59,079 nucleotides of DNA from a virus (Duplodnaviria > Caudoviricetes). The stretch is from positions 1 through 59,079 of the IMG/VR virus record IMGVR_UViG_3300025572_000009. One strand, written 5' to 3'. Within the stretch, counting starts at the first letter, position 1, and the number at the start of each line of letters is the position of its first letter. The notes beneath the pieces were generated by a model that saw only the letters and a program-made list of their open reading frames with translations, was not told the DNA's origin and did not search any database. The position numbers were made by a program, and so were the translations under genes. Positions 16,726-26,037 of this stretch are shown piece by piece.

Positions 16726-18397
16726 GAGGGCGGCCAATAGGCTCGCTAAGTTCCGCCAGAAGATCGACGTAGAGCGCGCGAAGAAGCGAGCCCCCAAAGA
16801 GATTGATCCGATCAAGCTGGCGAAGGAAGCTGCTGCGCAGTCCATCCGCGTCGGCAAGCGCACCGTCAAGAAAGGCGGTCCCGCTGCTGAGGCGGCAATG
16901 GAGCGCATAGAGGCGATTGAGAAAGTAACCGGGGCTTTGGACGGCAAGGCTCCGGCTGTCGTCACAAAAGACGACATCGAGCGTACACCGCCTAACCTCC
17001 GCAAGTGGGCGAAGGCTCAGGATGTCATCTTCGAGCCGAACCCTGGTCCACAAACAGAATTCCTTGCTGCTACTGAAAAGGAGGTTCTGTATGGCGGTGC
17101 CCGAGGTGGCGGTAAGTCCATCGCACTGCTTGTTGACCCCCTTCGCTACTGCAATAATCGCAACCATTCGGCGCTGATCCTGCGCCGCACGATGCCCGAG
17201 CTTCGGGACCTGATTTGGAAGTCCCAGGAATGGTATCCGCGAGCTTTTCCGGGCGCCAAGTGGCGAGAGAACGATAAGCTTTGGGTTTTCCCGTCTGGGG
17301 CGAGGATCGAGTTCGGTTATGCCGAGACTGAGGCGGACCTGATGCGCTACCAGGGTCGCGCCTATTCGTGGATTGGCATTGATGAGGTCGGTCAGTTTCC
17401 AGACCGGGCGGCGATTACCAAGCTGAAGGGTTCGCTCCGCACCACGGACCCTACGCTGCCCACCTTCCTCCGGATGACGGCAAACCCGGGTGGTCCGGGT
17501 CAGCTTTGGCTCCGAGAGGACTTTGTGGAGCCTGCGCCGCCCAATACTACGTTCACGGTTCCTGTCACCGTGCAGACGCCGTACGGGCCTATTACCACGC
17601 ACGTCACCCGTCGTTTCATTCCGGCCACGATTTACGACAATCCGCATCTCCTGCATGACACGAGCTATCTGTCTATGCTCGCCAGTCTGCCGGAATCTCT
17701 GCGTAAGCAGTGGCTTGAGGGCGACTGGTATGCGGACGAAAGCCGAGCGTTCCCTGACTTCGATCCGCGCTTGCATGTGGTTGACCCGTTTCCGGTCCCG
17801 ACTAGCTGGCCGAGGTTCCGGGCTTGCGACTTTGGTTTTTCTTCGCCAGCCTGCGTCCTGTGGTTTGCCGTGGACTATGACGGCAACCTGTGGGTGTATG
17901 ACGAGCTATATGTGAAGGGCGTCCCTGCGGACGAATTCGCCCGGATCGTGCTGCAACGCGACGGCGGCGCCAAGATGACGGCGCAAATCCTCGATGCCTC
18001 CGTGTGGCAGCGGCGCGGCGATATTGGTCCCTCGATTGCGGAGATCATGAACCTTCGCGGCTGCCGTTGGCGCCCGAGTGACCGTTCTCCTCGATCCCGT
18101 GTGAACGGGAAAATGGAAATCCACCGCCGCCTTGCTTTGAGGCGGCAGGCTGACAACACCGAGGCCCCTTCCCTTCGTATTTTCAACACTTGCCGGAACG
18201 TCATCCGGCAGATGCAGACCCTTCCTCTGGACCAGAGCAATCCGGAGGATGTGGACACAAAGGCTGAGGATCACGCCTACGACGCTCTGCGTTACGGCGT
18301 CATGTCGCGACCGCTCAATCCGTCGTTGATTGCTGCCTGGAATAGCGCCACGACGGCGGGCGCATTTAAGCCTGTTGATTCCACCTTCGGTTATTAG
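16685..18397 (+). CDS. terL: terminase large subunit
   Basis: PNPGPQ, Walker A YGGARGGGKS, Walker B IGIDE, TANPGG, nuclease DFG...DHAYDALRY. Confidence 0.95.
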   Translation: MPSDQTVKKGSLSKRAANRLAKFRQKIDVERAKKRAPKEIDPIKLAKEAAAQSIRVGKRTVKKGGPAAEAAMERIEAIEKVTGALDGKAPAVVTKDDIERTPPNLRKWAKAQDVIFEPNPGPQTEFLAATEKEVLYGGARGGGKSIALLVDPLRYCNNRNHSALILRRTMPELRDLIWKSQEWYPRAFPGAKWRENDKLWVFPSGARIEFGYAETEADLMRYQGRAYSWIGIDEVGQFPDRAAITKLKGSLRTTDPTLPTFLRMTANPGGPGQLWLREDFVEPAPPNTTFTVPVTVQTPYGPITTHVTRRFIPATIYDNPHLLHDTSYLSMLASLPESLRKQWLEGDWYADESRAFPDFDPRLHVVDPFPVPTSWPRFRACDFGFSSPACVLWFAVDYDGNLWVYDELYVKGVPADEFARIVLQRDGGAKMTAQILDASVWQRRGDIGPSIAEIMNLRGCRWRPSDRSPRSRVNGKMEIHRRLALRRQADNTEAPSLRIFNTCRNVIRQMQTLPLDQSNPEDVDTKAEDHAYDALRYGVMSRPLNPSLIAAWNSATTAGAFKPVDSTFGY

Positions 18398-18410
18398 GAG
18401 AGCACCGCAG

Positions 18411-18650
18411 ATGGCCAATTTCCTTCCCCACACTACGCGCAAGATCACGTTCACCGATAGCTACGAGTTTGCGCCTAGCGTCCCGAACAACACCAACAAC
18501 CGGGCGTCCCTTCCGCAAGGTGTGGATCGTGTTGGGGCGACTGGCGATAACGTTTCCAACAACACCCGCAACAAAGCATCCTTTCAGCCCGGACTGTCTA
18601 AGGTTGGTGACACGGGCGACAACGCTGCGAAGCGCGGGACCGGTAAGTAA
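18411..18650 (+). CDS. hypothetical protein with a 24-aa internal repeat
   Basis: AGGAG RBS; VPNNTNNRAS...GATGDN / VSNNTRNKAS...GDTGDN. Confidence 0.7.
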   Translation: MANFLPHTTRKITFTDSYEFAPSVPNNTNNRASLPQGVDRVGATGDNVSNNTRNKASFQPGLSKVGDTGDNAAKRGTGK

Positions 18651-18662
18651 GGCTACTTAACT

Positions 18663-20888
18663 GTGGCGTTCTTCGATAAACCGCTAGAGGCGGCCGACCC
18701 GCTCCAATACCCGGACGTGGCGATGGGTATGGAGGACGTGTCGGGGCCGAATGCGGCACTTCGTGACCGGGCAGAAAATGCGGAACTGGCTGCATTCGTG
18801 CAGGAGCGTTTTCGGCGCTCGCGCGATTCTCGCCGTCCGCACGAGAACCGCTGGCTGGAAGCGTATCGTAACTATATCGGGGTCTATTCCCCCGATATGC
18901 AGTTCACCGAAACGGAGAAGTGCCGCATCTTCGTGAAGGTCACTAAGACCAAGGTGCTCGCCGCCTATGGTCAGGTGGCTGATGTGCTTTTTGCGGCCGG
19001 GCGCATCCCTATCGGCATTCAGCCGTCTCCGGAGCCGATTGGCGTTGCCGATGCGGTCCATTTCGACCCCAAGGAGCCGCCGGGGCTCGACCATGCGGGT
19101 GACACCGCTGGTTCCTCGACTCTCAGTGAGGACGATGAGGCGGAACCTTCGCAGCCCGAGGATATCTACGGCTGGGAAGGTGACGGTCGCGAAATTCCGC
19201 CGGGCGCTACGGCAGAAACCCTGCGCGATATGCTTGGCCCGCTGAAGGGTAAGCTAGAGTCACTTGAGGACAAGCTGAAGCCGGGGCCGGGTCAGACCCC
19301 GACCAGTGCGACGTTCTACCCCGCTGCGGAAGCGGCGCGGAAGATGGAAAAGCGCATCCTCGATCAGTTGGAAGAGGCAGAGGGCGACAAGCACCTTCGC
19401 TATGTCGCGTTTGAATCCGTGCTTCTCGGGACCGGCGTTTTGTATGGCCCCTTCTCGGTTGAGAAGGAATACCCGCGTTGGACGGCTGAGGGCGAGTATA
19501 AGCCGGTCAAGAAGCTTGTCCCGAAGATCGAAGCGGATACCATCTGGAATTTCTACCCTGATCCGGATGCCCGTACTCCAAGCGATATGGAGTATTTCGT
19601 CCGTCGCCGTAAGATGAGCCGGACGCAGCTTCGGGCGCTCAAGCGCCGTCCCTTTTTCCGACATGAGGTTATCGAGCAGCTTATTGCCGAAGGCCCTAAT
19701 TACACCCCTGAGTATTGGGAAGACGCGCTCTATGGCGTCAACCAGGATGACCCTCCGAATATCGAGCGGTGGGAAGTTCTCGAATATTGGGGGTTGGTTG
19801 ACGCTGAGATTGCCAAAGACGCCGGGCTCGATATTCCAGCGGAGCTTGAGGACCACGACGAGCTTCAGTTGAACGTTTGGGTGTCCGGCGGGCACATCAT
19901 TCGGGCGGTGCTCAATCCGTTCCTGCCGGTTCGCCATCCGGTGAGCACGGTGCCGTTCGAGCTTAATCCCTACTCGATCTTTGGCATCGGTGTTGCCGAA
20001 AACATGGCCGATACGCAGCAGCTTATGAACGGCTTCATGCGTATGGCCGTGGATAATGGTGTGCTGTCAGGCAACGTCGTGTGGGAAATAGATGAGGCAT
20101 TCCTGACCACGGGCCAGGAATTCAAAATCTACCCGGGCAAGATTTTCCGGCGTCAGTCTGGTCCTCCGGGTCAGGGTATCCACGCCCACAAGTTTCCGAA
20201 CACCACCCAAGAAAACCTTATGATGTTCGACAAGGCGAGGCAGTTGGCGGACGAGGCCACTGGCATTCCGTCCTACTCGCATGGTCAGACCGGCATTATG
20301 GGTCTTGGGCGGACGGCTGCCGGTATTTCCATGCTTATGGGTGCTGCCAGCATCAACACGAAGACGGTCATCAAAAACTTCGATGACTACCTGTTGATGC
20401 CGCTCGGCAAGGCTCTGTTCGCATGGAACATGCAGTTCAACTTTGACTCGTCCGTTGTGGGCGACCTCGAAGTTGTGGCTCGCGGCACCACCTCGCTTCT
20501 GAAGAACGAGGCACGTCAGCAGAGACTAATGACGTTCCTTCAGATCGTCAGCAATCCTGCACTCGCTCCGTTTGCCAAGTTCCCCTACATCATTCGGGAG
20601 ATTGCTACGGTTCTTGAGCTTGATCCCGACAAGGTGTGCAACTCGCCCGAAGAGGCGATGCGGCAGGCGGAAATCATGCGGGCATCAGGTGCCCTGGGAC
20701 GTGGCGGCGATCAGGGTGCGGCTCCTCCGGGTGCCATTGCGGCCGATCCCACCGGGGCTGGTGGCGGCAACATTGGTATCGGTCAGGCGCCTACTCCGGG
20801 CGAGCAAGGTTTCGCCGGTAACGCTCAGATGCCGCCGCCACAAGGGCTCGGCCCTGAGCAGCCTGCTATGGCGGGAGCTATGGCCTAA
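18663..20888 (+). CDS. portal protein
   Basis: 741 aa after TerL; FVKVTKTKVLAAYGQ, WNFYPDP, PYSIFGIG, RTAAGISMLM podoviral portal pattern. Confidence 0.9.
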   Translation: MAFFDKPLEAADPLQYPDVAMGMEDVSGPNAALRDRAENAELAAFVQERFRRSRDSRRPHENRWLEAYRNYIGVYSPDMQFTETEKCRIFVKVTKTKVLAAYGQVADVLFAAGRIPIGIQPSPEPIGVADAVHFDPKEPPGLDHAGDTAGSSTLSEDDEAEPSQPEDIYGWEGDGREIPPGATAETLRDMLGPLKGKLESLEDKLKPGPGQTPTSATFYPAAEAARKMEKRILDQLEEAEGDKHLRYVAFESVLLGTGVLYGPFSVEKEYPRWTAEGEYKPVKKLVPKIEADTIWNFYPDPDARTPSDMEYFVRRRKMSRTQLRALKRRPFFRHEVIEQLIAEGPNYTPEYWEDALYGVNQDDPPNIERWEVLEYWGLVDAEIAKDAGLDIPAELEDHDELQLNVWVSGGHIIRAVLNPFLPVRHPVSTVPFELNPYSIFGIGVAENMADTQQLMNGFMRMAVDNGVLSGNVVWEIDEAFLTTGQEFKIYPGKIFRRQSGPPGQGIHAHKFPNTTQENLMMFDKARQLADEATGIPSYSHGQTGIMGLGRTAAGISMLMGAASINTKTVIKNFDDYLLMPLGKALFAWNMQFNFDSSVVGDLEVVARGTTSLLKNEARQQRLMTFLQIVSNPALAPFAKFPYIIREIATVLELDPDKVCNSPEEAMRQAEIMRASGALGRGGDQGAAPPGAIAADPTGAGGGNIGIGQAPTPGEQGFAGNAQMPPPQGLGPEQPAMAGAMA

Positions 20889-21136
20889 TGCACGCGCAGC
20901 TAGTCGAGCAGCTTCTTCCTGTCGTTAATGATCCGGCTGTCGCCAGGGCTTTGGAAGCTTACGCTCAGTATAGGCTTGGTCTTGCGCAGGATCAGATCAT
21001 GTCCGCGCAGGACCAGCTAACCCTTGGGCAAATCCAGGGTAAAGTAATTGAAATCCGAAACCTTATGGGGCTTCGGGATCGTGTTGTAGCGGAAGCAGAG
21101 CGCATCCGCGCGGAACGTGGTGGCAGGAATGGTTGA
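20888..21136 (+). CDS. conserved small protein after the portal
   Basis: LLPVVND...GQIQGK...LMGLRD; TAATG coupling. Confidence 0.75.
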   Translation: MHAQLVEQLLPVVNDPAVARALEAYAQYRLGLAQDQIMSAQDQLTLGQIQGKVIEIRNLMGLRDRVVAEAERIRAERGGRNG

Positions 21137-22979
21137 TTTTTACTCTAGCGGGTGGGCCTTCATCCCTGGCCCTGAGAACCTTCGCCACCGCTCTTGGGAG
21201 GACCTTGAGCGGTATTGGGCGGAGGTTGAGGCGCCGAACGGTCACATCCTTATTCGGCCTTACGAGTTTGCGGAAGGCGGGTTTTTGGATGAGCCTGTGG
21301 CGGTGCAACCGGATGGTAGTGCGCAAGAGATTCCGCCTGGGGCTCTGCCGGACGAGGTTCGAGACGACAAGCCCGCCATGTTGTCGGAGGGCGAGCTTGT
21401 CTGGCCTGCCGATGTTGTACGCTGGCATGGCCTGAAGACCTTCATGGAGATGATGGAGGAGGCCAAGGCTGGCCTAGCCTCGATGGAAGAGGTAGGCTTG
21501 ATCCAGCGCCCGCCGTCAGAGCTTCCGGACGAAGTATTCCTCCCTGACGAGGAGGATGTGCCGGTGGAGGCGGTTGAAGAGGCCCCTTTTGGTTTCGCTC
21601 AGGGTGGCACGATCCAGAGTGACACCAGCACCGCCCTGAGCCGTGCCAAGCAGGCTATCTCTGCCGCCCGTGCGCTGGATTGGCTTTACTCCAAGGCGGC
21701 TGAGTCCCCCGGGCTTCTGAGCCAGAGCCTTGGCAGCATTTTCGGCGCTGAGACGCTGAGCGACCTCGCCGGATATCTGGGTTTGAACGCCAATACCCTG
21801 TCCGGTATGTCCGTAGGCAATACGCTCGCCAGCCTTGCTGGGCTGGCGACAGGCGCTCTTAATATCGCTCAGGGCAACTATGCCTCCGGCGCTGGCGGGC
21901 TTATTGGTGCCGGGTTGTCTGCGGCGGGGCTTGCGCCATTTGCGCTTCCTGTCGCTATTGGCGCTGCTGGCATCCAGGCGCACATTGATTCTACGTCGGG
22001 CAAAGGCCCGTTTGCCGCGCACGGTGGCAATGTCCGTATCGGTCGCGACGAAGAGGGCAATGCGGTCCTTCTTGGGGCGTCCGGCAAAAACTGGAACATG
22101 GATCAGGCACGGCAGGTCATCCAGCCGCAGGTTGATTACTTAAATAACTTTATGCAGCAGACCGGGCTTCGCCTGAAGGGTGGCATCGACACTAGCCCGT
22201 ATGCTGATCGTGGCTGGTATGATCCGCAATATACGGGTGGCGGCTACTACGCCATCATTGAGTCTGGTTTCGGTCCTGACGCAGAGATGCCGGCTAATTT
22301 CTTCGACCGGCTGGGGTTCATTCCTGGGGAGTATTTTGAGCACTCTGATCCCACGGTGAATGAATGGCTGCGGAGCACGGACTTTAGAGGGTGGAACGAC
22401 TTTGCCGCTGGTATGAAGGCCCTGCTCGGTGATCAGGCTGCACCGTCCGACTTCCGTGGGTCGCCGGAAGGCTACCGGCTCAACCTCAACATGGATATGC
22501 CGGTATACCAGGGGCCGGATGTCAGTGCCGTGCTTGGTTTGGGCAACCCTTGGGGTTATGACCCGGGAGACAGGTGGGTTGAGCTAGCGCAGCGCGAAGC
22601 CGACCGGATGCGTCAGTCTTCCGGTATTGATGTGGATGAGAACGGTTTCATCCGTAGCTACCCTGGGATGGGTAGTGAGGATGACCATGGCCCCGGATGG
22701 GGCGCTCAATTCCTGTCACAGTTCGCGAACGGTCGGAATCCGTATGACCTGACAACGAACGTGACTTGGAATACTGCTCCGGACTCTGATCAGGCAGCGG
22801 GGCAGTTTCACAGCGGATGGACCACTCCGGACACCGATCCTTCGTCGGTTGTGCCGGAAGGTCAGGCGTTTAGCTATGTTCCGCTTGGTGGCGGTCTTAT
22901 GAGTGGCGTCGGGACGTATCGGGCAGAGCCATATTTTGACCCCCACGCACCCGACCCAACATTTGCCGCCGGAAACTAA
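21129..22979 (+). CDS. putative virion-associated protein
   Basis: PPGALPDEVRDDKPAMLSEGELVWPADVVRWHG conserved domain, followed by a Gly/Ala-rich hydrophobic region. Confidence 0.75.
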   Translation: MVDFYSSGWAFIPGPENLRHRSWEDLERYWAEVEAPNGHILIRPYEFAEGGFLDEPVAVQPDGSAQEIPPGALPDEVRDDKPAMLSEGELVWPADVVRWHGLKTFMEMMEEAKAGLASMEEVGLIQRPPSELPDEVFLPDEEDVPVEAVEEAPFGFAQGGTIQSDTSTALSRAKQAISAARALDWLYSKAAESPGLLSQSLGSIFGAETLSDLAGYLGLNANTLSGMSVGNTLASLAGLATGALNIAQGNYASGAGGLIGAGLSAAGLAPFALPVAIGAAGIQAHIDSTSGKGPFAAHGGNVRIGRDEEGNAVLLGASGKNWNMDQARQVIQPQVDYLNNFMQQTGLRLKGGIDTSPYADRGWYDPQYTGGGYYAIIESGFGPDAEMPANFFDRLGFIPGEYFEHSDPTVNEWLRSTDFRGWNDFAAGMKALLGDQAAPSDFRGSPEGYRLNLNMDMPVYQGPDVSAVLGLGNPWGYDPGDRWVELAQREADRMRQSSGIDVDENGFIRSYPGMGSEDDHGPGWGAQFLSQFANGRNPYDLTTNVTWNTAPDSDQAAGQFHSGWTTPDTDPSSVVPEGQAFSYVPLGGGLMSGVGTYRAEPYFDPHAPDPTFAAGN

Positions 22980-23023
22980 GATAACTTTAGGGCCACCCTC
23001 TATATGAGGCCCCCAACTGAAGA

Positions 23024-23986
23024 GTGTTGACTGTGACTGTTGCTGTAAAAGAGCCTACGAGGATCGTTGCTGAACAGACTGATTCTGACACGACGGCAGT
23101 TCTTGAGCCCATGCCGTATCGTGGGATGCATCGCCGCAATCTTGACGACAATTCCGAAATCGAGGCGCTAGAGCGCCAGCGTCAGGCGAAGCAGACCATG
23201 GCTCCGGGGCAGGTTGAGCCTACGCCGGAAGAGGTGGAGACTGACCCCAACCTTACGGAGCCTGCGCAGCCGGGCGAAGACTCGCTTTGGAAGAAGCGTT
23301 ACGGCGACCTTCGCCGTCACATGGCGGTCAAGGAGCGCGAGTTCAATGAGAAGATCGCGCAGCTTGAGGCGCAGCTTCGCGAGGCGTCGGAAAAGGCGCT
23401 TCAGCTTCCGACCTCTGAGGAGGACGTGAAGCGGTGGGCGGAGCAGTATCCGGACGTTGCGAAGATCGTTGAGGCTATTGCCATGCGCAAGGCGGATGAG
23501 CGGGCCAAGGCGATTGAGATGCGTCTTCAGGAAGCGGAGAAGCGTGCGAAGGAAGCCGCTCGGCGTGAAGCCGAAGCCCGACTCCGTGAGCGTCATCCGG
23601 ACCTCGACAAACTCCGTGAGTCTGCGGAGTTCCATGCATGGGCGCAGAAGCAATCGCCTCTTATTCAGGCGGCGCTCTACCGCAGCCCGAATTGGGAAGA
23701 CTGCGCTGCGGCGATTGACCTCTTCAAGAGCCAGACTGGATGGGGTCAGCAGAAGCGTGGTCCTGGCCGTCCCCGCAAGGAGGAGGCAGAGGCAGCCGCA
23801 CAGGCGGTGAACGTTCCTTCCGCTCGCACGGTGCCTGACCCGAACGGTACCGCCGGTAAGAAGGTCTGGCGGGAGTCTGAGATTCGTCGGCTCCGCCCGT
23901 ATGAGTGGGATAAGTTTGAGAAGGAGATTGAGGCCGCCCGTCGTGAGGGCCGTCTGATCTACGACGTGTCAGGCGCGGCGGCGTAA
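23024..23986 (+). CDS. capsid scaffolding protein
   Basis: WKKRYGDLRRH, coiled coil, C-terminal EIEAARREGRLIYD; precedes the MCP. Confidence 0.8.
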   Translation: MLTVTVAVKEPTRIVAEQTDSDTTAVLEPMPYRGMHRRNLDDNSEIEALERQRQAKQTMAPGQVEPTPEEVETDPNLTEPAQPGEDSLWKKRYGDLRRHMAVKEREFNEKIAQLEAQLREASEKALQLPTSEEDVKRWAEQYPDVAKIVEAIAMRKADERAKAIEMRLQEAEKRAKEAARREAEARLRERHPDLDKLRESAEFHAWAQKQSPLIQAALYRSPNWEDCAAAIDLFKSQTGWGQQKRGPGRPRKEEAEAAAQAVNVPSARTVPDPNGTAGKKVWRESEIRRLRPYEWDKFEKEIEAARREGRLIYDVSGAAA

Positions 23987-24019
23987 ACAGGAAATTTTAC
24001 GGCGGAAACTACTTTGTAA

Positions 24020-24047
24020 TTGACTTTTTTCGGAAATTGCATATAAT
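24020..24047 (+). promoter_or_regulatory. sigma70-like promoter for the major capsid gene
   Basis: TTGACT-16nt-TATAAT. Confidence 0.7.
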
Positions 24048-24260
24048 GTTAGCGTACCCGCCGACACTCCTTTTGGCGGGGCTGGCCAAGTAACCTTAGC
24101 CCCGCCGCTTTCGTTTCAAACACACGTTTGAGCTAGGACTACCTTTCTTATCCGGCCCCGGTATTCCGGCAACCCGGCAATAAGGAAGCCTCTGACGCCT
24201 CTGTGTGTGTTTTCTCGGTGTGCGAATGCACCCGACTAGACATGCAATGAGGTAACTAAG

Positions 24261-25262
24261 ATGGCATTTCCTGCTGCGCAGAGCTATAGCAACCTTCCGA
24301 ATGGTGATTTTAGCCCGGTAATTTTCTCGCAGAAGGCCATTAAGGCTTTCCGCAAGACCTCCGTTGTGGAGGACATCACCAATACCGATTATTTCGGTGA
24401 AATCGCGAATTACGGTGACTCGGTTCGTATCATCAAGGAGCCGGATATCACCGTTTCGACCTATGCGCGTGGTCAGACTCTCTCTTCGCAGGCCCTGAGC
24501 GACGACGACATTACGCTGACCGTCGATCAGGCCAACAAGTTCCAGTTTCAGGTTGACGACATCGAGGTTGCGCACTCGCACGTCAATTGGGAGGAGCTGG
24601 CCTCCAACCGTGCGGCGTATAAGCTGAAGGATGCGTTTGACGCCAACGTTCTTGCTTTCATGGCGGACAACGCGGCTACGACAAACTACATCGGATCGAC
24701 CTGGGTTGCTCAGACCGAGACTGTCTCTGCGGTCCAGATCGCAACCGGTGTCACGCCGAATGGATCGACCATCTTCACGCCGCTGGGCATCCTGAGCCGC
24801 GTCAAGCGGCTGATGGACGTGGCGAACGTCCCGGCCGACAACCGATGGATGGTTGCTGACCCGGTTTTCTATGAGCAGCTTGGCGATGAGGAATCTAAGT
24901 TCCTCGATGCTTGCTGGACCGGCGCGGATGAGAGCCCGGTTTATAACGGCAAGCTGACGAACCGGCGCATTCGTGGTTTCGAGCCGTATGAGTCCAACAA
25001 CCTGCCTGCGGGTGGCACGGGTCCGGACTCGCAGGCTGGTGGCGGCACCAACTACGGCACCATTCTGTTTGGTCATCGTAGTGCGGTGGCGACGGTTTCT
25101 CAGATTCTTAAGACTGAGAAGTTCCGCTCCCCGGATACGTTTGCCGACGTTGTGCGTGGTCTGCATGTGTTCGGTCGGGGTTACATCCGCCCGGATGCGG
25201 TGTGGGTTGTGCGCTACGCCACTAAGGCTGCTCCTGGCGGCGGCGGTGGCGGCGGCGCGTAA
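24261..25262 (+). CDS. major capsid protein (HK97 fold)
   Basis: NLPNGDFSPVIFS, ITNTDYFGEIANYGDSVRIIKEP, FADVVRGLHVFG. Confidence 0.93.
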   Translation: MAFPAAQSYSNLPNGDFSPVIFSQKAIKAFRKTSVVEDITNTDYFGEIANYGDSVRIIKEPDITVSTYARGQTLSSQALSDDDITLTVDQANKFQFQVDDIEVAHSHVNWEELASNRAAYKLKDAFDANVLAFMADNAATTNYIGSTWVAQTETVSAVQIATGVTPNGSTIFTPLGILSRVKRLMDVANVPADNRWMVADPVFYEQLGDEESKFLDACWTGADESPVYNGKLTNRRIRGFEPYESNNLPAGGTGPDSQAGGGTNYGTILFGHRSAVATVSQILKTEKFRSPDTFADVVRGLHVFGRGYIRPDAVWVVRYATKAAPGGGGGGGA

Positions 25263-25282
25263 TAACTAACTAAAGTAACTTT

Positions 25283-25321
25283 AGGGGGGCTGTCTTCCAA
25301 GACGGGGCAGTCCCCTTTTTT
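25283..25321 (+). terminator. intrinsic terminator after the MCP gene
   Basis: GC-rich hairpin aggggggctgtc...gggcagtcccct plus T run. Confidence 0.8.
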
Positions 25322-25346
25322 GTCTGGCGCCGGTAAGGTTACTTTA

Positions 25347-26036
25347 ATGGCTAACACCTTCCTCGACATTACGAACACGGTCCTCCGTCGCTTCAACGAG
25401 GTGGAACTGACCGGCACCACCTTTGCCAGCGCCCGGGGCTTCCACGCGCAGACCAAGGACGCCGTGAACGCGGCGCTTCGTGCCATCTACAAGGATGGCG
25501 TCGAGTGGCCGTTCAACCACGTCGTCCAGACCGACACCCTGACCCCGGGCACGCTCCGTTACGCCCTCCCGCCCGGCACCCGCTCCGTGGACATGGAGTC
25601 GTTCCGGCTGGTCCGGGACGCCGCCCTGAACTGCCCCGCCAAGTGGCTGCGGCCAATCGGCTACGACGAGTTCTTGCAGCAGTGGGCGAAGGAGGAGGGC
25701 AAGACGGCCGACGAGGGCGGCCTTCCCTCCCACGTCTTCCTCGACCGCGCCGGCCAATTCGGCGTCGTCCCCGTGCCGGATAAGCCCTACCAAGTCACCT
25801 ACGAATACTACGCCAATCCGCCGGAGCTTGTTGCCGCGACCGATGTCCCGACCGTGCCCGAGGAGTGGAAGTATGTGATCGTGGATGGCGCGGTCTATTA
25901 CTGCCACCTTTTCCGCGACAACCCCGAAGCGGCGGCTCTGACGAAGCAGGATTTCGAGAAGGGTCTTCGCGACATGCGGCGCATCGCGATCAACCGCAAC
26001 GAAACCATGCGCTCGACCATGCGGGTGTGGCGCTGA
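25347..26036 (+). CDS. head-tail adaptor (tail tubular protein A-like)
   Basis: FLDITNTVLRRFNEV, EWPF, PVPDKPY, VIVDGA; position after the MCP. Confidence 0.8.
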   Translation: MANTFLDITNTVLRRFNEVELTGTTFASARGFHAQTKDAVNAALRAIYKDGVEWPFNHVVQTDTLTPGTLRYALPPGTRSVDMESFRLVRDAALNCPAKWLRPIGYDEFLQQWAKEEGKTADEGGLPSHVFLDRAGQFGVVPVPDKPYQVTYEYYANPPELVAATDVPTVPEEWKYVIVDGAVYYCHLFRDNPEAAALTKQDFEKGLRDMRRIAINRNETMRSTMRVWR

Positions 26037-26037
26037 C

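Noticed and set aside
25230-25275. Frameshift or readthrough extension of the capsid protein after the poly-Gly tail
   Set aside because: Tandem TAA TAA stops, further TAA triplets and a terminator follow immediately
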